From positions 6,259 through 70,258 of the forward strand of contig DKID01000004.1 in NCBI GenBank assembly GCA_002454045.1: 64,000 bases of DNA, written 5' to 3'. This DNA is from Nitrospina sp. UBA6727 (GTDB lineage: Bacteria; Nitrospinota; Nitrospinia; Nitrospinales; VA-1). Of this stretch, positions 49,133 through 56,822 are shown one piece after another; the stretch's first letter is position 1, and every line of letters begins with the position of its first letter. The notes under the pieces are model-generated. The model ran no database searches, was not told where the DNA came from, and saw only the letters and a program-made list of their open reading frames with translations. A program made the translations under genes and the position numbers.

Positions 49133-50301
49133 GTGATCGCCTTTCCCCGCAAAGCCAAAGCGGGATCCATCCGCGCAATTTTCTTCACCAACGCCCAGGC
49201 GGAAACGATGACTAAAACTAGAACGATGACGACGGAGACTAAAATTTCCCGCGGCTGATAATCGGGATAGATCGTCTCCCGAACTGGGAACGAAGCTTCG
49301 CTCAAATGCGTCACGTCAATCCCGACTCCCTGAAACCAAACGAAAAAAGGAACGCCAAGAATCGCCGCCAGCGCCAAAGCCCACAACGCAGCGATTGCGC
49401 CTTCCAACATAAATATTTTGACGACGCGGCGGGCGTCCATACCCAAAGCCATCAAGGTTCCGATTTCTTTTTGCCTCTTGAAAATATTTAGGACTTGCGT
49501 GTTGAACACACTGGTGCAGACCAAAACCATCAACACTCCCCAAAGAATTTTGGAATTGATTCGGTCCTGATTTAGCAGGGCGAGAAGATCTGCCATGAGT
49601 ACTTCTATTCCGTGAAACTCAAATCCAGGCACCGCGCCCAAATACTCGCGAACCGCTACCCAACTCACTTCGCCGTCACGGCCGGTCATGGAACGCAAAT
49701 GATCCAGCCGCAACCAAACTACGCCGGCGTCAATCCGCGGATTAACGAAGTCGCCCACGTCCACGATTAAAATATCGCGGGCATCGACGGCGCCGCCTTT
49801 GTCGCGCCATTTCAAAACCACCGTGTCGCCTTTTTTCAAACGTGCTTTGTTCGCCATCTTGACACCCACCACCGCGGGAATTATTTCCGGCGCCGACTTG
49901 CCCGAAAAAGATTTCAATCCCGCCAACGGTAAATGAAGAAGAGACTGCTGCATCGCGATTCCCCGCAACTGGACTGGGAATAATCGGCGGCCAGGAAAAA
50001 GTTGTCCTTGCTGGACCAACACCTCCGCTTTGTTTCTTGCCGAAAGATTTTTCAACACTTCGGGCACGGGCGCCGTGATGTCTTCCCATTTTGTCGGCGT
50101 GAGAATGTCAAACCCGGGCGCTCGATAATGACCGCCGCCAACATCCGTCGACACCAAATTCCGCGTGGCTTGGGCTTGGAATCCATTCAACAAGGACAGC
50201 ATGAAAATGATAGCGATGATTGCCAGCGCCGTTATCAGCACATTCAGAAAAGCCCGCAGACCTTGACGGCGGAAATTTTTGCTCGCGATATTCCAGTTCA
50301 A
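49129..50301 (-). CDS. FtsX/MacB-type ABC permease (LolC/E-like), copy 1
   Basis: NWNIASKNFRRQGLRAFLNVLITALAI.. and a C-terminal FtsX domain are present. TTG 50301 overlaps the ATPase TGA stop as TTGA, so I prefer it over the track start 50337. Confidence 0.85.
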   Translation of the reverse strand: MNWNIASKNFRRQGLRAFLNVLITALAIIAIIFMLSLLNGFQAQATRNLVSTDVGGGHYRAPGFDILTPTKWEDITAPVPEVLKNLSARNKAEVLVQQGQLFPGRRLFPVQLRGIAMQQSLLHLPLAGLKSFSGKSAPEIIPAVVGVKMANKARLKKGDTVVLKWRDKGGAVDARDILIVDVGDFVNPRIDAGVVWLRLDHLRSMTGRDGEVSWVAVREYLGAVPGFEFHGIEVLMADLLALLNQDRINSKILWGVLMVLVCTSVFNTQVLNIFKRQKEIGTLMALGMDARRVVKIFMLEGAIAALWALALAAILGVPFFVWFQGVGIDVTHLSEASFPVRETIYPDYQPREILVSVVIVLVLVIVSAWALVKKIARMDPALALRGKAIT

Positions 50302-51008
50302 GTTTCTATCTCCGCGCCGTCGCGGCGTTTGTCCCAACTCACCTTGCCGTCTTCCAGCCGAACTTCCCGTCGGATATAACGAGTTACTTTTTCGTCGTGA
50401 GTGGAAAAAATCACCGCCGCTTTGTATTCGCGATTGAGTTCCCGCATCAGTTCTAAAATCTGTAGCGAGTTCTCCGAATCGAGATTGGCAGTCGGCTCAT
50501 CGGCGAGAATGAGCAGAGGGTCTTTGACCAATGCCCGGGCTATCGCCACCCTTTGACATTGTCCGCCCGACAACTGTGCCGGTTTTTTGCTGATGTGCTC
50601 CGTCAAACCTACTTTGGCGACCATGCTCTCAACCCGTTCGCGGACGCAACTTTCTTTCCGTCCATTCAAGATTAACGGGAAGAGAATATTTTCATAAACC
50701 GAGTAAACCGGTAGCAGATTAAAAGTTTGGAAAATGAAACCAATGTTTTCCCTGCGATACGCCGCCAACTGGCTCCGCCCCATGTTTCCCAAACTGGCTC
50801 CATTGAAAAAAACTTCGCCGGTGGTTGGGCGGTCTAATCCTCCGATTAAATTCAACAGAGTAGTTTTCCCGGAACCGGAAGGTCCGACGAATGACATGAA
50901 CGCGCCCTCGCCCACCGCCATGCTGACGTCGTTCAGGGCGGTGAAGTTTTCTTCCCCAACGCGATAAACTTTTGAGACTCGTTCAAGCGTGATCAAAGTT
51001 TCATTCAT
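50298..51008 (-). CDS. ABC transporter ATP-binding protein (LolD/MacB-ATPase family)
   Basis: Walker A GPSGSGKTT, Q-loop, LSGGQCQRVAIARAL and Walker B LILADEPT are present. Confidence 0.95.
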   Translation of the reverse strand: MNETLITLERVSKVYRVGEENFTALNDVSMAVGEGAFMSFVGPSGSGKTTLLNLIGGLDRPTTGEVFFNGASLGNMGRSQLAAYRRENIGFIFQTFNLLPVYSVYENILFPLILNGRKESCVRERVESMVAKVGLTEHISKKPAQLSGGQCQRVAIARALVKDPLLILADEPTANLDSENSLQILELMRELNREYKAAVIFSTHDEKVTRYIRREVRLEDGKVSWDKRRDGAEIET

Positions 51009-51020
51009 CCCGCGATATTC

Positions 51021-52268
51021 CTAAAAATAATTCACCAGCGTTAAACCTAATGAAGATTCCGTCCCGTTGAAGCGATCCGTTTTGTGAAACAAACGCCCGT
51101 CTTTTTTTCCCGACTTCAAACTGCCGCCTACCTGCCCGTGAAGATAGAGAAACAAAGCGTCGGTCAGCGCGTATTCAATTTGCGGGACGAGACGAAAACT
51201 TTTATCGCGCAAATCATAAAATCCGAACAGTTGCCACTGAATATCAATTCCCACCGGCTGGTCGAGAGTAATCCCGATTTGCTGAAAGGTTCGCCGCTTC
51301 CCCGCGTCGGCGGGGTCGACATCGTCGGAACCGAAATTTTTTTGTCGGGTGGTGAGGAAATATTCCGCCAAAACATGCAAACCTTCACCGATGGCAAAAG
51401 TATAATCCGCCCCGAAAACCGTGTCGAATTGAATCGGTTTAGAAGGCTTCGTTGCTATGTCCAAACGGCTTTCGTGCCAAAAGCCAAATCTTTTTTCCCC
51501 CTTCAAATGATAGCCGACCTGCACCATCTCATGATTGAAACCCGGCAAATCATCCAAGTCGGATTTCGGATGATACTGAAACACCGCGCCCGTTTCGACA
51601 CCGCCGACCAGCATCTCGCCGCGCATTCCAAAAATCCAGGCGTTACCTTTTTTCGCCGGAAGTAGCCAGCCTTCAACAAGAGACGTCGCGGACAAAAAAT
51701 GGGTGGCGCGCACTCCGTCAACGCCTCGGGTTTCCAGGACGACACCGGCGACATTGCGTGTATCAAAAAATCCTAGCGGGCGAAATATCGTTGCGGAACC
51801 AAAAATAATTTTTTGTCGTCCGCCCCTGATTTTGAATTTTTCGTTATCCAAGCGGAGCCATGCCCGGAAAAAATCCACATCCGTTCCCGAGCGAAGTCCC
51901 GATTGCACGCTGGGACCATCCGCCTGTTTCGCATCGGCGGATAATTCATAATCAAGAACCCAGCCGTCTTTTTCGATCAAGCCACCCAGCACGCCCAGTC
52001 GCAACTCTAACTCGCTATCAAAATTTTTATGGGAAGGCGGGCTGTCAACGAGGTTGCGGCCCATCTTTAACCTGCCTTCAAAATCCACATCAAGCGCCCA
52101 TGAAGTAGAGTCGGGCAAAAGCAAAAACGCTAGCAGAAGCAAAAACGCTAGCAGAAGCAAAAACTTTGGGAGCTTCTTTTTCAATTTACACGGTTGGGTT
52201 TGAGTAGGAGGAAAATTGTTCGGCGCTAGACACTCGCGCGGCGAAGTGAGTTTTTGGAGTCGCCGCAA
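51021..52268 (-). CDS. Predicted outer-membrane beta-barrel protein heading the Lol-like ABC operon
   Basis: It has alternating amphipathic beta-strand patterns throughout and a C-terminal ..LGLTLVNYF (aromatic terminus). The signal-peptide-like core is KFLLLLAFLLLLAFLLLPDSTSWA. The start is uncertain: TTG 52268 or in-frame TTG 52184, which gives MKKKLPKF... Confidence 0.6.
   Translation of the reverse strand: MRRLQKLTSPRECLAPNNFPPTQTQPCKLKKKLPKFLLLLAFLLLLAFLLLPDSTSWALDVDFEGRLKMGRNLVDSPPSHKNFDSELELRLGVLGGLIEKDGWVLDYELSADAKQADGPSVQSGLRSGTDVDFFRAWLRLDNEKFKIRGGRQKIIFGSATIFRPLGFFDTRNVAGVVLETRGVDGVRATHFLSATSLVEGWLLPAKKGNAWIFGMRGEMLVGGVETGAVFQYHPKSDLDDLPGFNHEMVQVGYHLKGEKRFGFWHESRLDIATKPSKPIQFDTVFGADYTFAIGEGLHVLAEYFLTTRQKNFGSDDVDPADAGKRRTFQQIGITLDQPVGIDIQWQLFGFYDLRDKSFRLVPQIEYALTDALFLYLHGQVGGSLKSGKKDGRLFHKTDRFNGTESSLGLTLVNYF
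52121..52164. repeat. Perfect 18-bp tandem repeat (2.4 copies) inside the signal-peptide region of the beta-barrel gene
   Basis: The unit gcaaaaacgctagcagaa occurs at 52121-52138 and 52139-52156, with a partial copy at 52157-52164. It encodes LLLLAF-LLLLAF on the minus strand. Confidence 0.9.
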
Positions 52269-52355
52269 TTCTTGAATCGTAAAACAAGTGACTCAATTTC
52301 GCGGCGCGCGATGACGGCACGCAGTGTCGCGGTTAGCCGATGAACGGCTTCCCGG

Positions 52356-52841
52356 TCAAAGCATTTTTTTAATATGCGACACCAATTGATTAGCACTGAC
52401 GGCCGGAGCCCGCGCGTTCAAAATACCCTTTTGGTCGATGATTAAAACGGTGGGCATGTCCCGTTGCGAGTAAGCCTGATAAACATTCTTCGTCGGGTCA
52501 ATCAAATAAGGGAACCGTGTATTTTCTGGAAACTTGCTTAGATACCTCGCGACGGCTTCTCGAGAATCTCCGTTGGTGTTGATCCCCAATATCGCCACTT
52601 GCTCCTCGCTCAACTGGTCTCTCACTTTATTAAATTCCATAGCCTGCTTCATGCACGGAACACAAATATGGAACATGCCGATTAAAACCACCTTGCCCTT
52701 AAAGTCCGACAACGCCACCTGTTTTCCATCCATGGACTGCAAAGAAAATTTGGGAGCTTGCTCGCCCGGTGAAGGAGGTCCCGCAAAAGTTGGGACGACC
52801 GCTAAAATCAGGAAGGCTAACGACAGAAATATTTTTCGCAT
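52356..52841 (-). CDS. TlpA/ResA-like periplasmic thiol:disulfide oxidoreductase
   Basis: The leader is MRKIFLSLAFLILAVVPTFA. The redoxin fold carries a CVPC active site (..GMFHICVPCMKQ..). ATG 52841 with ACGGAG RBS is preferred over the track start 52919. Confidence 0.85.
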   Translation of the reverse strand: MRKIFLSLAFLILAVVPTFAGPPSPGEQAPKFSLQSMDGKQVALSDFKGKVVLIGMFHICVPCMKQAMEFNKVRDQLSEEQVAILGINTNGDSREAVARYLSKFPENTRFPYLIDPTKNVYQAYSQRDMPTVLIIDQKGILNARAPAVSANQLVSHIKKML

Positions 52842-53196
52842 GACGCACTCCGTTTTATGAAAACATTTTATCAGAAAATCCGCTCTTAGAAAGAGAGCAA
52901 CTTTTACCATTGAGTCCATCTTAAATCAGAGCAAACTAATTTGAAAGAGATTTCAAAGACACGGGAAAAGCAACGTCCGTCGGCTGAAACTCTCCCTTGA
53001 CTTGTCACTGATTTTATACTAAAAGCGGGGGCAATCCGTTGACTCTCCTAGGCGTTGCACTGCGATGCGGGCTTTGATTTTAAGATAATAGTTGTCGTCT
53101 CGAAGCACCACATTCTTTGCGGTACGTCCCTCGGAATATCCTTTTTTCATCGCGTCAGGTTACAGCAGGCAGTCAAATTTATAAAAGGTTTTGAGT

Positions 53197-54054
53197 ATGA
53201 AAGAAGCATCGCTCTTCCCCAAAGTGTTGTTCGCTCTGGCCAGTTTGTTGGCTCTCTCCCTTCCAGCTTTTGCCTACCAGGAAATCAATGTGCAAAACGG
53301 AGGGACAATACAAGGGAAAACCAAAATGTTCGGCGGGATGCCGTTTCCCCGTCACTACCATTTGGTTTTATTCCCCAACATCGACATGTGTGCGGAAGTA
53401 GATACCGACGACGAAATGAACCGAGTCCTTGATGACTTCAAAGTTTCGCGGGACGGGGGACTCAAAGATGTGGTCGTCGCTCTGGAACATGTCGAAGCCG
53501 GGAAACCGTTCAACAAAGAACCGATAATGATCACTTCTGAAAACTGTAAATTTTTTCCAGACGTTAACGTGATTCGACAAGGAGAAACTTTTAAGATCGA
53601 CAATCTCGACGCGGTCATGCACAACAGCCAGGTCTATCAAAAAGAAAGAGGGAAAATCCTGCTAAACATTCCCATCCCCGCCGAGGAAGTTTCGGACGGG
53701 ACAGTCAATTTCGAAAAAAATTATAAGATCATGCAGATGATTTGCGGGATGCACGAGTTTATGCAGACCTGGGGGTTGAGGGTGCAAAATCCCTATTACT
53801 TCATAACCGAACTAGATGGAAACTTCCGCATCGGAGATGTTCCGCCGGGAGAATATATCGTTACCGCCTGGCACTATTTGATGAAGCCGCAGAAAAGAAA
53901 AATTAAAATCATCGGCGGCGAAACAATTAACCTGAATTTCGATTTCGATGGCGACAAGGTTGTCCGGCCTGTTTACGAAACCATCAAATCTGGAAGAATC
54001 AAAAAAGACGCGGTGTACCCGGGAACTGCAAAAGGAAAAGAATTGGGACGCTAG
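53197..54054 (+). CDS. Secreted amicyanin-like cupredoxin plus CarboxypepD_reg-like beta-sandwich protein (paralogue B)
   Basis: The leader is MKEASLFPKVLFALASLLALSLPAFA. Candidate type-1 Cu ligands are ..NLDAVMHN.. and CGMHEFM (C-x2-H-x2-M, nt 53743-53763). The C-terminal part is ..VQNPYYFITELDGNFRIGDVPPGEYIVTAWH.. Confidence 0.7.
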   Translation: MKEASLFPKVLFALASLLALSLPAFAYQEINVQNGGTIQGKTKMFGGMPFPRHYHLVLFPNIDMCAEVDTDDEMNRVLDDFKVSRDGGLKDVVVALEHVEAGKPFNKEPIMITSENCKFFPDVNVIRQGETFKIDNLDAVMHNSQVYQKERGKILLNIPIPAEEVSDGTVNFEKNYKIMQMICGMHEFMQTWGLRVQNPYYFITELDGNFRIGDVPPGEYIVTAWHYLMKPQKRKIKIIGGETINLNFDFDGDKVVRPVYETIKSGRIKKDAVYPGTAKGKELGR

Positions 54055-54055
54055 T

Positions 54056-55960
54056 TTGAAGCCATCGAAAAAACCCGGCACTCTCCAGCGGCTCGGTATA
54101 TTTCATCTGCCCATTTTATACACCGTGGCAATGTCCGCCGCCGCGTGGGGATTCCCCCCCCCTCCCCCCCCCGAAGACGTCCCCAAAACTTTCACCCTGA
54201 AAAATAAACAGGTCGCCCTTCATAACCTGAGCAATCCTTATGAAGATGACCCCGACGCCATTGCCGACGGCGGCGCCTTATACACAGCGCATTGTCTTTT
54301 CTGCCACGGTGATTTGCTCGACGGCAACGGTCTGTTCGGAAAAAGTTTTTTCCCGCCGCCCGCAGATTTTACCCGACGCGACTCCATCCTCTCTCGACCG
54401 CAGGCTTATACTTTCTGGCGCATCATGAAGGGAGGCAAAGGGCTTCCGGAAAAATACGAACCGTGGAACTCCGCCATGCCAGCGTGGGAAGAGGCGTTGA
54501 GCGCGAACGACGTTTGGAAAATCATCACCTATATTTATCAGACGACACGGCAACGGCGCGCCAAACCTGGGCAACAAGCACCGCCGTCGATGAAAAGAGG
54601 CAAGCAGATTTACTTGGAAAAATGCGCCAACTGTCACGGTGAAAAAGGAAAAGGCGATGGACCGTCCGCCGATTACTTCATGCCGCAACCGAGAAACCTG
54701 ACCAAGGGCCATATCAAAATTCGCTCCACTCCATTTGGGAAAATTCCGACCGACGCAGATTTATTCGACACCATCACCAACGGGATGCAAGGAACCACCA
54801 TGCCCGGCTGGAAACATCTCCCCGAAAATGACCGCAAGAGTCTGGTGATATACGTCAAGTCTTTGTCGCGAAAGTTTGCGAAGTTTGAGAAGAACGGCAA
54901 AACTCATAAGACCGTGAGGATAAACGCGGCGCCGACTTTGTCCCGCGAAAGTGTGGCGCGGGGGAAAAAAATGTTTATGGTTCATTGCTCCGGCTGCCAC
55001 GGCGTTGAAGGGCGCGGCGATGGAGCAACCACCCAACGCATCGTAGATTATTCGTCCAGCGCCATCTGGCCCAGAAACCTGCGCCAACCGTGGACCTTTC
55101 GCGGCGGCAGTTCCCGCAACGATATTTTCAAAACTCTGCGCACCGGTCTTTCCACCACCGCCATGCCTAAGTTTTCAACGAGAGTTTTCAACGACGAACA
55201 AATCTGGGACGTCGTCAACTTCGTCAGCACATTGTCCGCCGCCGCCGAGCCGAAACCGCAAACCCACATTCACGCCAAGAAAATTGCGGGGAAAATTTCA
55301 GACGACCGCGCCGCGTCCGTTTGGAAAAACGTTCAAGCCAACTACATTCCATTAGGAGGCCAACTGCAGACAAAACCGAAATCCTATTTTCCCACCGTCC
55401 AAAGTTTAACCGTGCAAGCGGTACACGACGGCGAAGAAATTGCACTTCACATCCATTGGGATGACCCGTCCCTCGACCCAGCACTAAAAGCGTTTGCGGC
55501 GGTTGCGGAATCTCCGCCGCCGCCTCTTCCCGATGACACCATGCGAAGAACGGACGAACCTTCGGAACCCGTCGTCCCCGAATACCCCGACGCCATCGCG
55601 GTACAATTTCCCGTTAATCTAGACACGCCGCGAAAACCTTATTTTCTTAATGGCGACGCCGACCATCCCGTGAACTTGTGGCGATGGACGACCGCCACCA
55701 ACGAAGCCGAAGAGATGAACGCGAACGGATTAGAAAATTGGCGCGCGCAAAAAGATTCAGCGGTTCGCGCCAAAGGTAATTTTCGGTTCGGGAAATATTC
55801 GCTGATTTTGAAACGCGCGCTGACGGGGGATGACGAAGACATTCAGTTTCAAATCGGCAGACCCATTCCCATCGCCTTCAACGTTTGGGACGGATACCAC
55901 GGCGAGACCGGCAACAAAAAATCCATCTCCAGTTGGTTCACCCTCCTGCTGGACGAGTAA
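54056..55960 (+). CDS. Tri-haem c-type cytochrome fused to a C-terminal EB_dh/DOMON-like (type-II DMSO-reductase gamma-subunit-like) domain
   Basis: Three CxxCH motifs are present (CLFCH, CANCH, CSGCH), each followed by an MPAW/MPGW/MPKF-type Met region. The C-terminal ~230 aa read ..DAIAVQFPV..PYFLNGD..PVNLWRW..ILKRAL..IPIAFNVWDGYHGETGNKKSISSW.., which resembles the ethylbenzene-dehydrogenase gamma family. The proposed start, TTG 54056, lies 1 nt after the upstream TAG stop and gives the leader KPSKKPGTLQRLGIFHLPILYTVAMSAAAWG. Confidence 0.8.
   Translation: MKPSKKPGTLQRLGIFHLPILYTVAMSAAAWGFPPPPPPEDVPKTFTLKNKQVALHNLSNPYEDDPDAIADGGALYTAHCLFCHGDLLDGNGLFGKSFFPPPADFTRRDSILSRPQAYTFWRIMKGGKGLPEKYEPWNSAMPAWEEALSANDVWKIITYIYQTTRQRRAKPGQQAPPSMKRGKQIYLEKCANCHGEKGKGDGPSADYFMPQPRNLTKGHIKIRSTPFGKIPTDADLFDTITNGMQGTTMPGWKHLPENDRKSLVIYVKSLSRKFAKFEKNGKTHKTVRINAAPTLSRESVARGKKMFMVHCSGCHGVEGRGDGATTQRIVDYSSSAIWPRNLRQPWTFRGGSSRNDIFKTLRTGLSTTAMPKFSTRVFNDEQIWDVVNFVSTLSAAAEPKPQTHIHAKKIAGKISDDRAASVWKNVQANYIPLGGQLQTKPKSYFPTVQSLTVQAVHDGEEIALHIHWDDPSLDPALKAFAAVAESPPPPLPDDTMRRTDEPSEPVVPEYPDAIAVQFPVNLDTPRKPYFLNGDADHPVNLWRWTTATNEAEEMNANGLENWRAQKDSAVRAKGNFRFGKYSLILKRALTGDDEDIQFQIGRPIPIAFNVWDGYHGETGNKKSISSWFTLLLDE
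54154..54172 (+). repeat. C9-T-C9 homopolymeric tracts inside the cytochrome gene (these encode PPPPPP)
   Basis: Counted directly: C x9 at 54154-54162, T at 54163, C x9 at 54164-54172. Confidence 0.95.
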
Positions 55961-56103
55961 CCGCCGGCGTGGCGACGACATGGGCGGGACAAAAAAACGA
56001 AGCCGCGCGAACAAGAGTTTGAGTTTCTGATTTTTTGGTACCGACTAAAGATACGAACTGCAACGCAGTGACTATTCCAAAACCAAAATTTTTGCGGGGT
56101 TTG

Positions 56104-56310
56104 CTAAGGCTGGTTATTGCTCGTGGAGGTGTCTGATAGTTCCTTTAGTTCGCCCCACAATAAATTAACCTCATCAGAAAGGCTGTCTACTGTTTCATTA
56201 ATTTTTCTTATATAGACAAAAATAACCAGTGCGGCGATAGTAGGTATCCCCACAGCAATCACCGCCATCAATATGGAAATAATTTGCAGGTAGATGTCGA
56301 GGTTCATCAT
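56104..56310 (-). CDS. Small single-TM hypothetical protein (68 aa), AT-rich
   Basis: MMNLDIYLQIISILMAVIAVGIPTIAALVIFVYI.. is followed by an acidic tail. Its start abuts the stop of the upstream 76-aa ORF. Confidence 0.4.
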   Translation of the reverse strand: MMNLDIYLQIISILMAVIAVGIPTIAALVIFVYIRKINETVDSLSDEVNLLWGELKELSDTSTSNNQP

Positions 56311-56541
56311 TTAGCCTCGCTGTCTTCGGGTAGGCCTTCCTCTTTCGGTTTGCTCTCTCTCCCATTTTAGGGCGGCGGCGATAGTTGTCGCGCTACCCAC
56401 TTTCGTTATGTGTCCGTCGTCCCCATACGTTTGTTGGTGTTCCTGTTCGCGCCTTTCGGGGTCATTGGTTATACCGGTATGAAGAATCTTATTTCCTTGC
56501 TTGAAGTGGTATTTGTAGGTGTCTCTTGACATAGTCGCCAC
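56311..56541 (-). CDS. Small GIY-YIG-like (URI-domain, COG2827-type) protein (76 aa)
   Basis: YKYHFKQGNKILHTGITNDPERREQEHQQ..KWEREQ follows the GIY..YIG..R..H..E spacing of mini GIY-YIG proteins. GAGGTG lies 6 nt upstream of the ATG. Confidence 0.5.
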   Translation of the reverse strand: MATMSRDTYKYHFKQGNKILHTGITNDPERREQEHQQTYGDDGHITKVGSATTIAAALKWEREQTERGRPTRRQRG

Positions 56542-56674
56542 CTCTTTTCATTGACTGGAAAAACAATTTAGCGTGTCAGATAACCGCACGTTTGTCAAGT
56601 GTTTTCACTATTGTAAAAGGTGTGTTGAGAGGCAAGGTCACGGCGTGACGGCGGCGTGGTAGCGGGTGGAAAAA

Positions 56675-56711
56675 CAGCACCGGGACTGGTGTCCCGGTGC
56701 TGTATTTTTTT
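56675..56711. terminator. Strong, potentially bidirectional rho-independent terminator
   Basis: A perfect 12-bp stem CAGCACCGGGAC / GTCCCGGTGCTG has a 4-nt loop (TGGT). It is flanked by AAAAA on the left and TATTTTTTT on the right. It lies ~110 nt downstream of the paralogue-C stop on the minus strand. Confidence 0.7.
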
Positions 56712-56822
56712 CGAGGATGCCTTGAATAAATGCGAGGTCTTATCTTGCGGCATTTTACGCGCCGCTTTATTGAACGGGCTAATGCCTTGCGCATTTTTTT
56801 ACGCGGTGCTCTTGAAAATTTT

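Noticed and set aside
52997-53020. TTGACT ... TATACT promoter-like hexamers upstream of paralogue B.
   Set aside because: The spacing is only 12 nt (14 nt to the alternative TACTAA). That is outside the 16-18-nt window for sigma70-type promoters.
53019-53150. 43-codon minus-strand ORF (MKKGYSEGRTAKNVVLRDDNYYLKIKARIAVQRLGESTDCPRF) in the TlpA/paralogue-B divergent region.
   Set aside because: It is too short, has no convincing RBS and matches no family I recognise. It could be a gene fragment but is unsupported.
56576-56794. 72-aa minus-strand ORF in the gap between paralogue C and the GIY-YIG-like gene.
   Set aside because: It runs straight through the 12-bp-stem terminator hairpin. It is Arg/Lys/Pro-rich and has no RBS.
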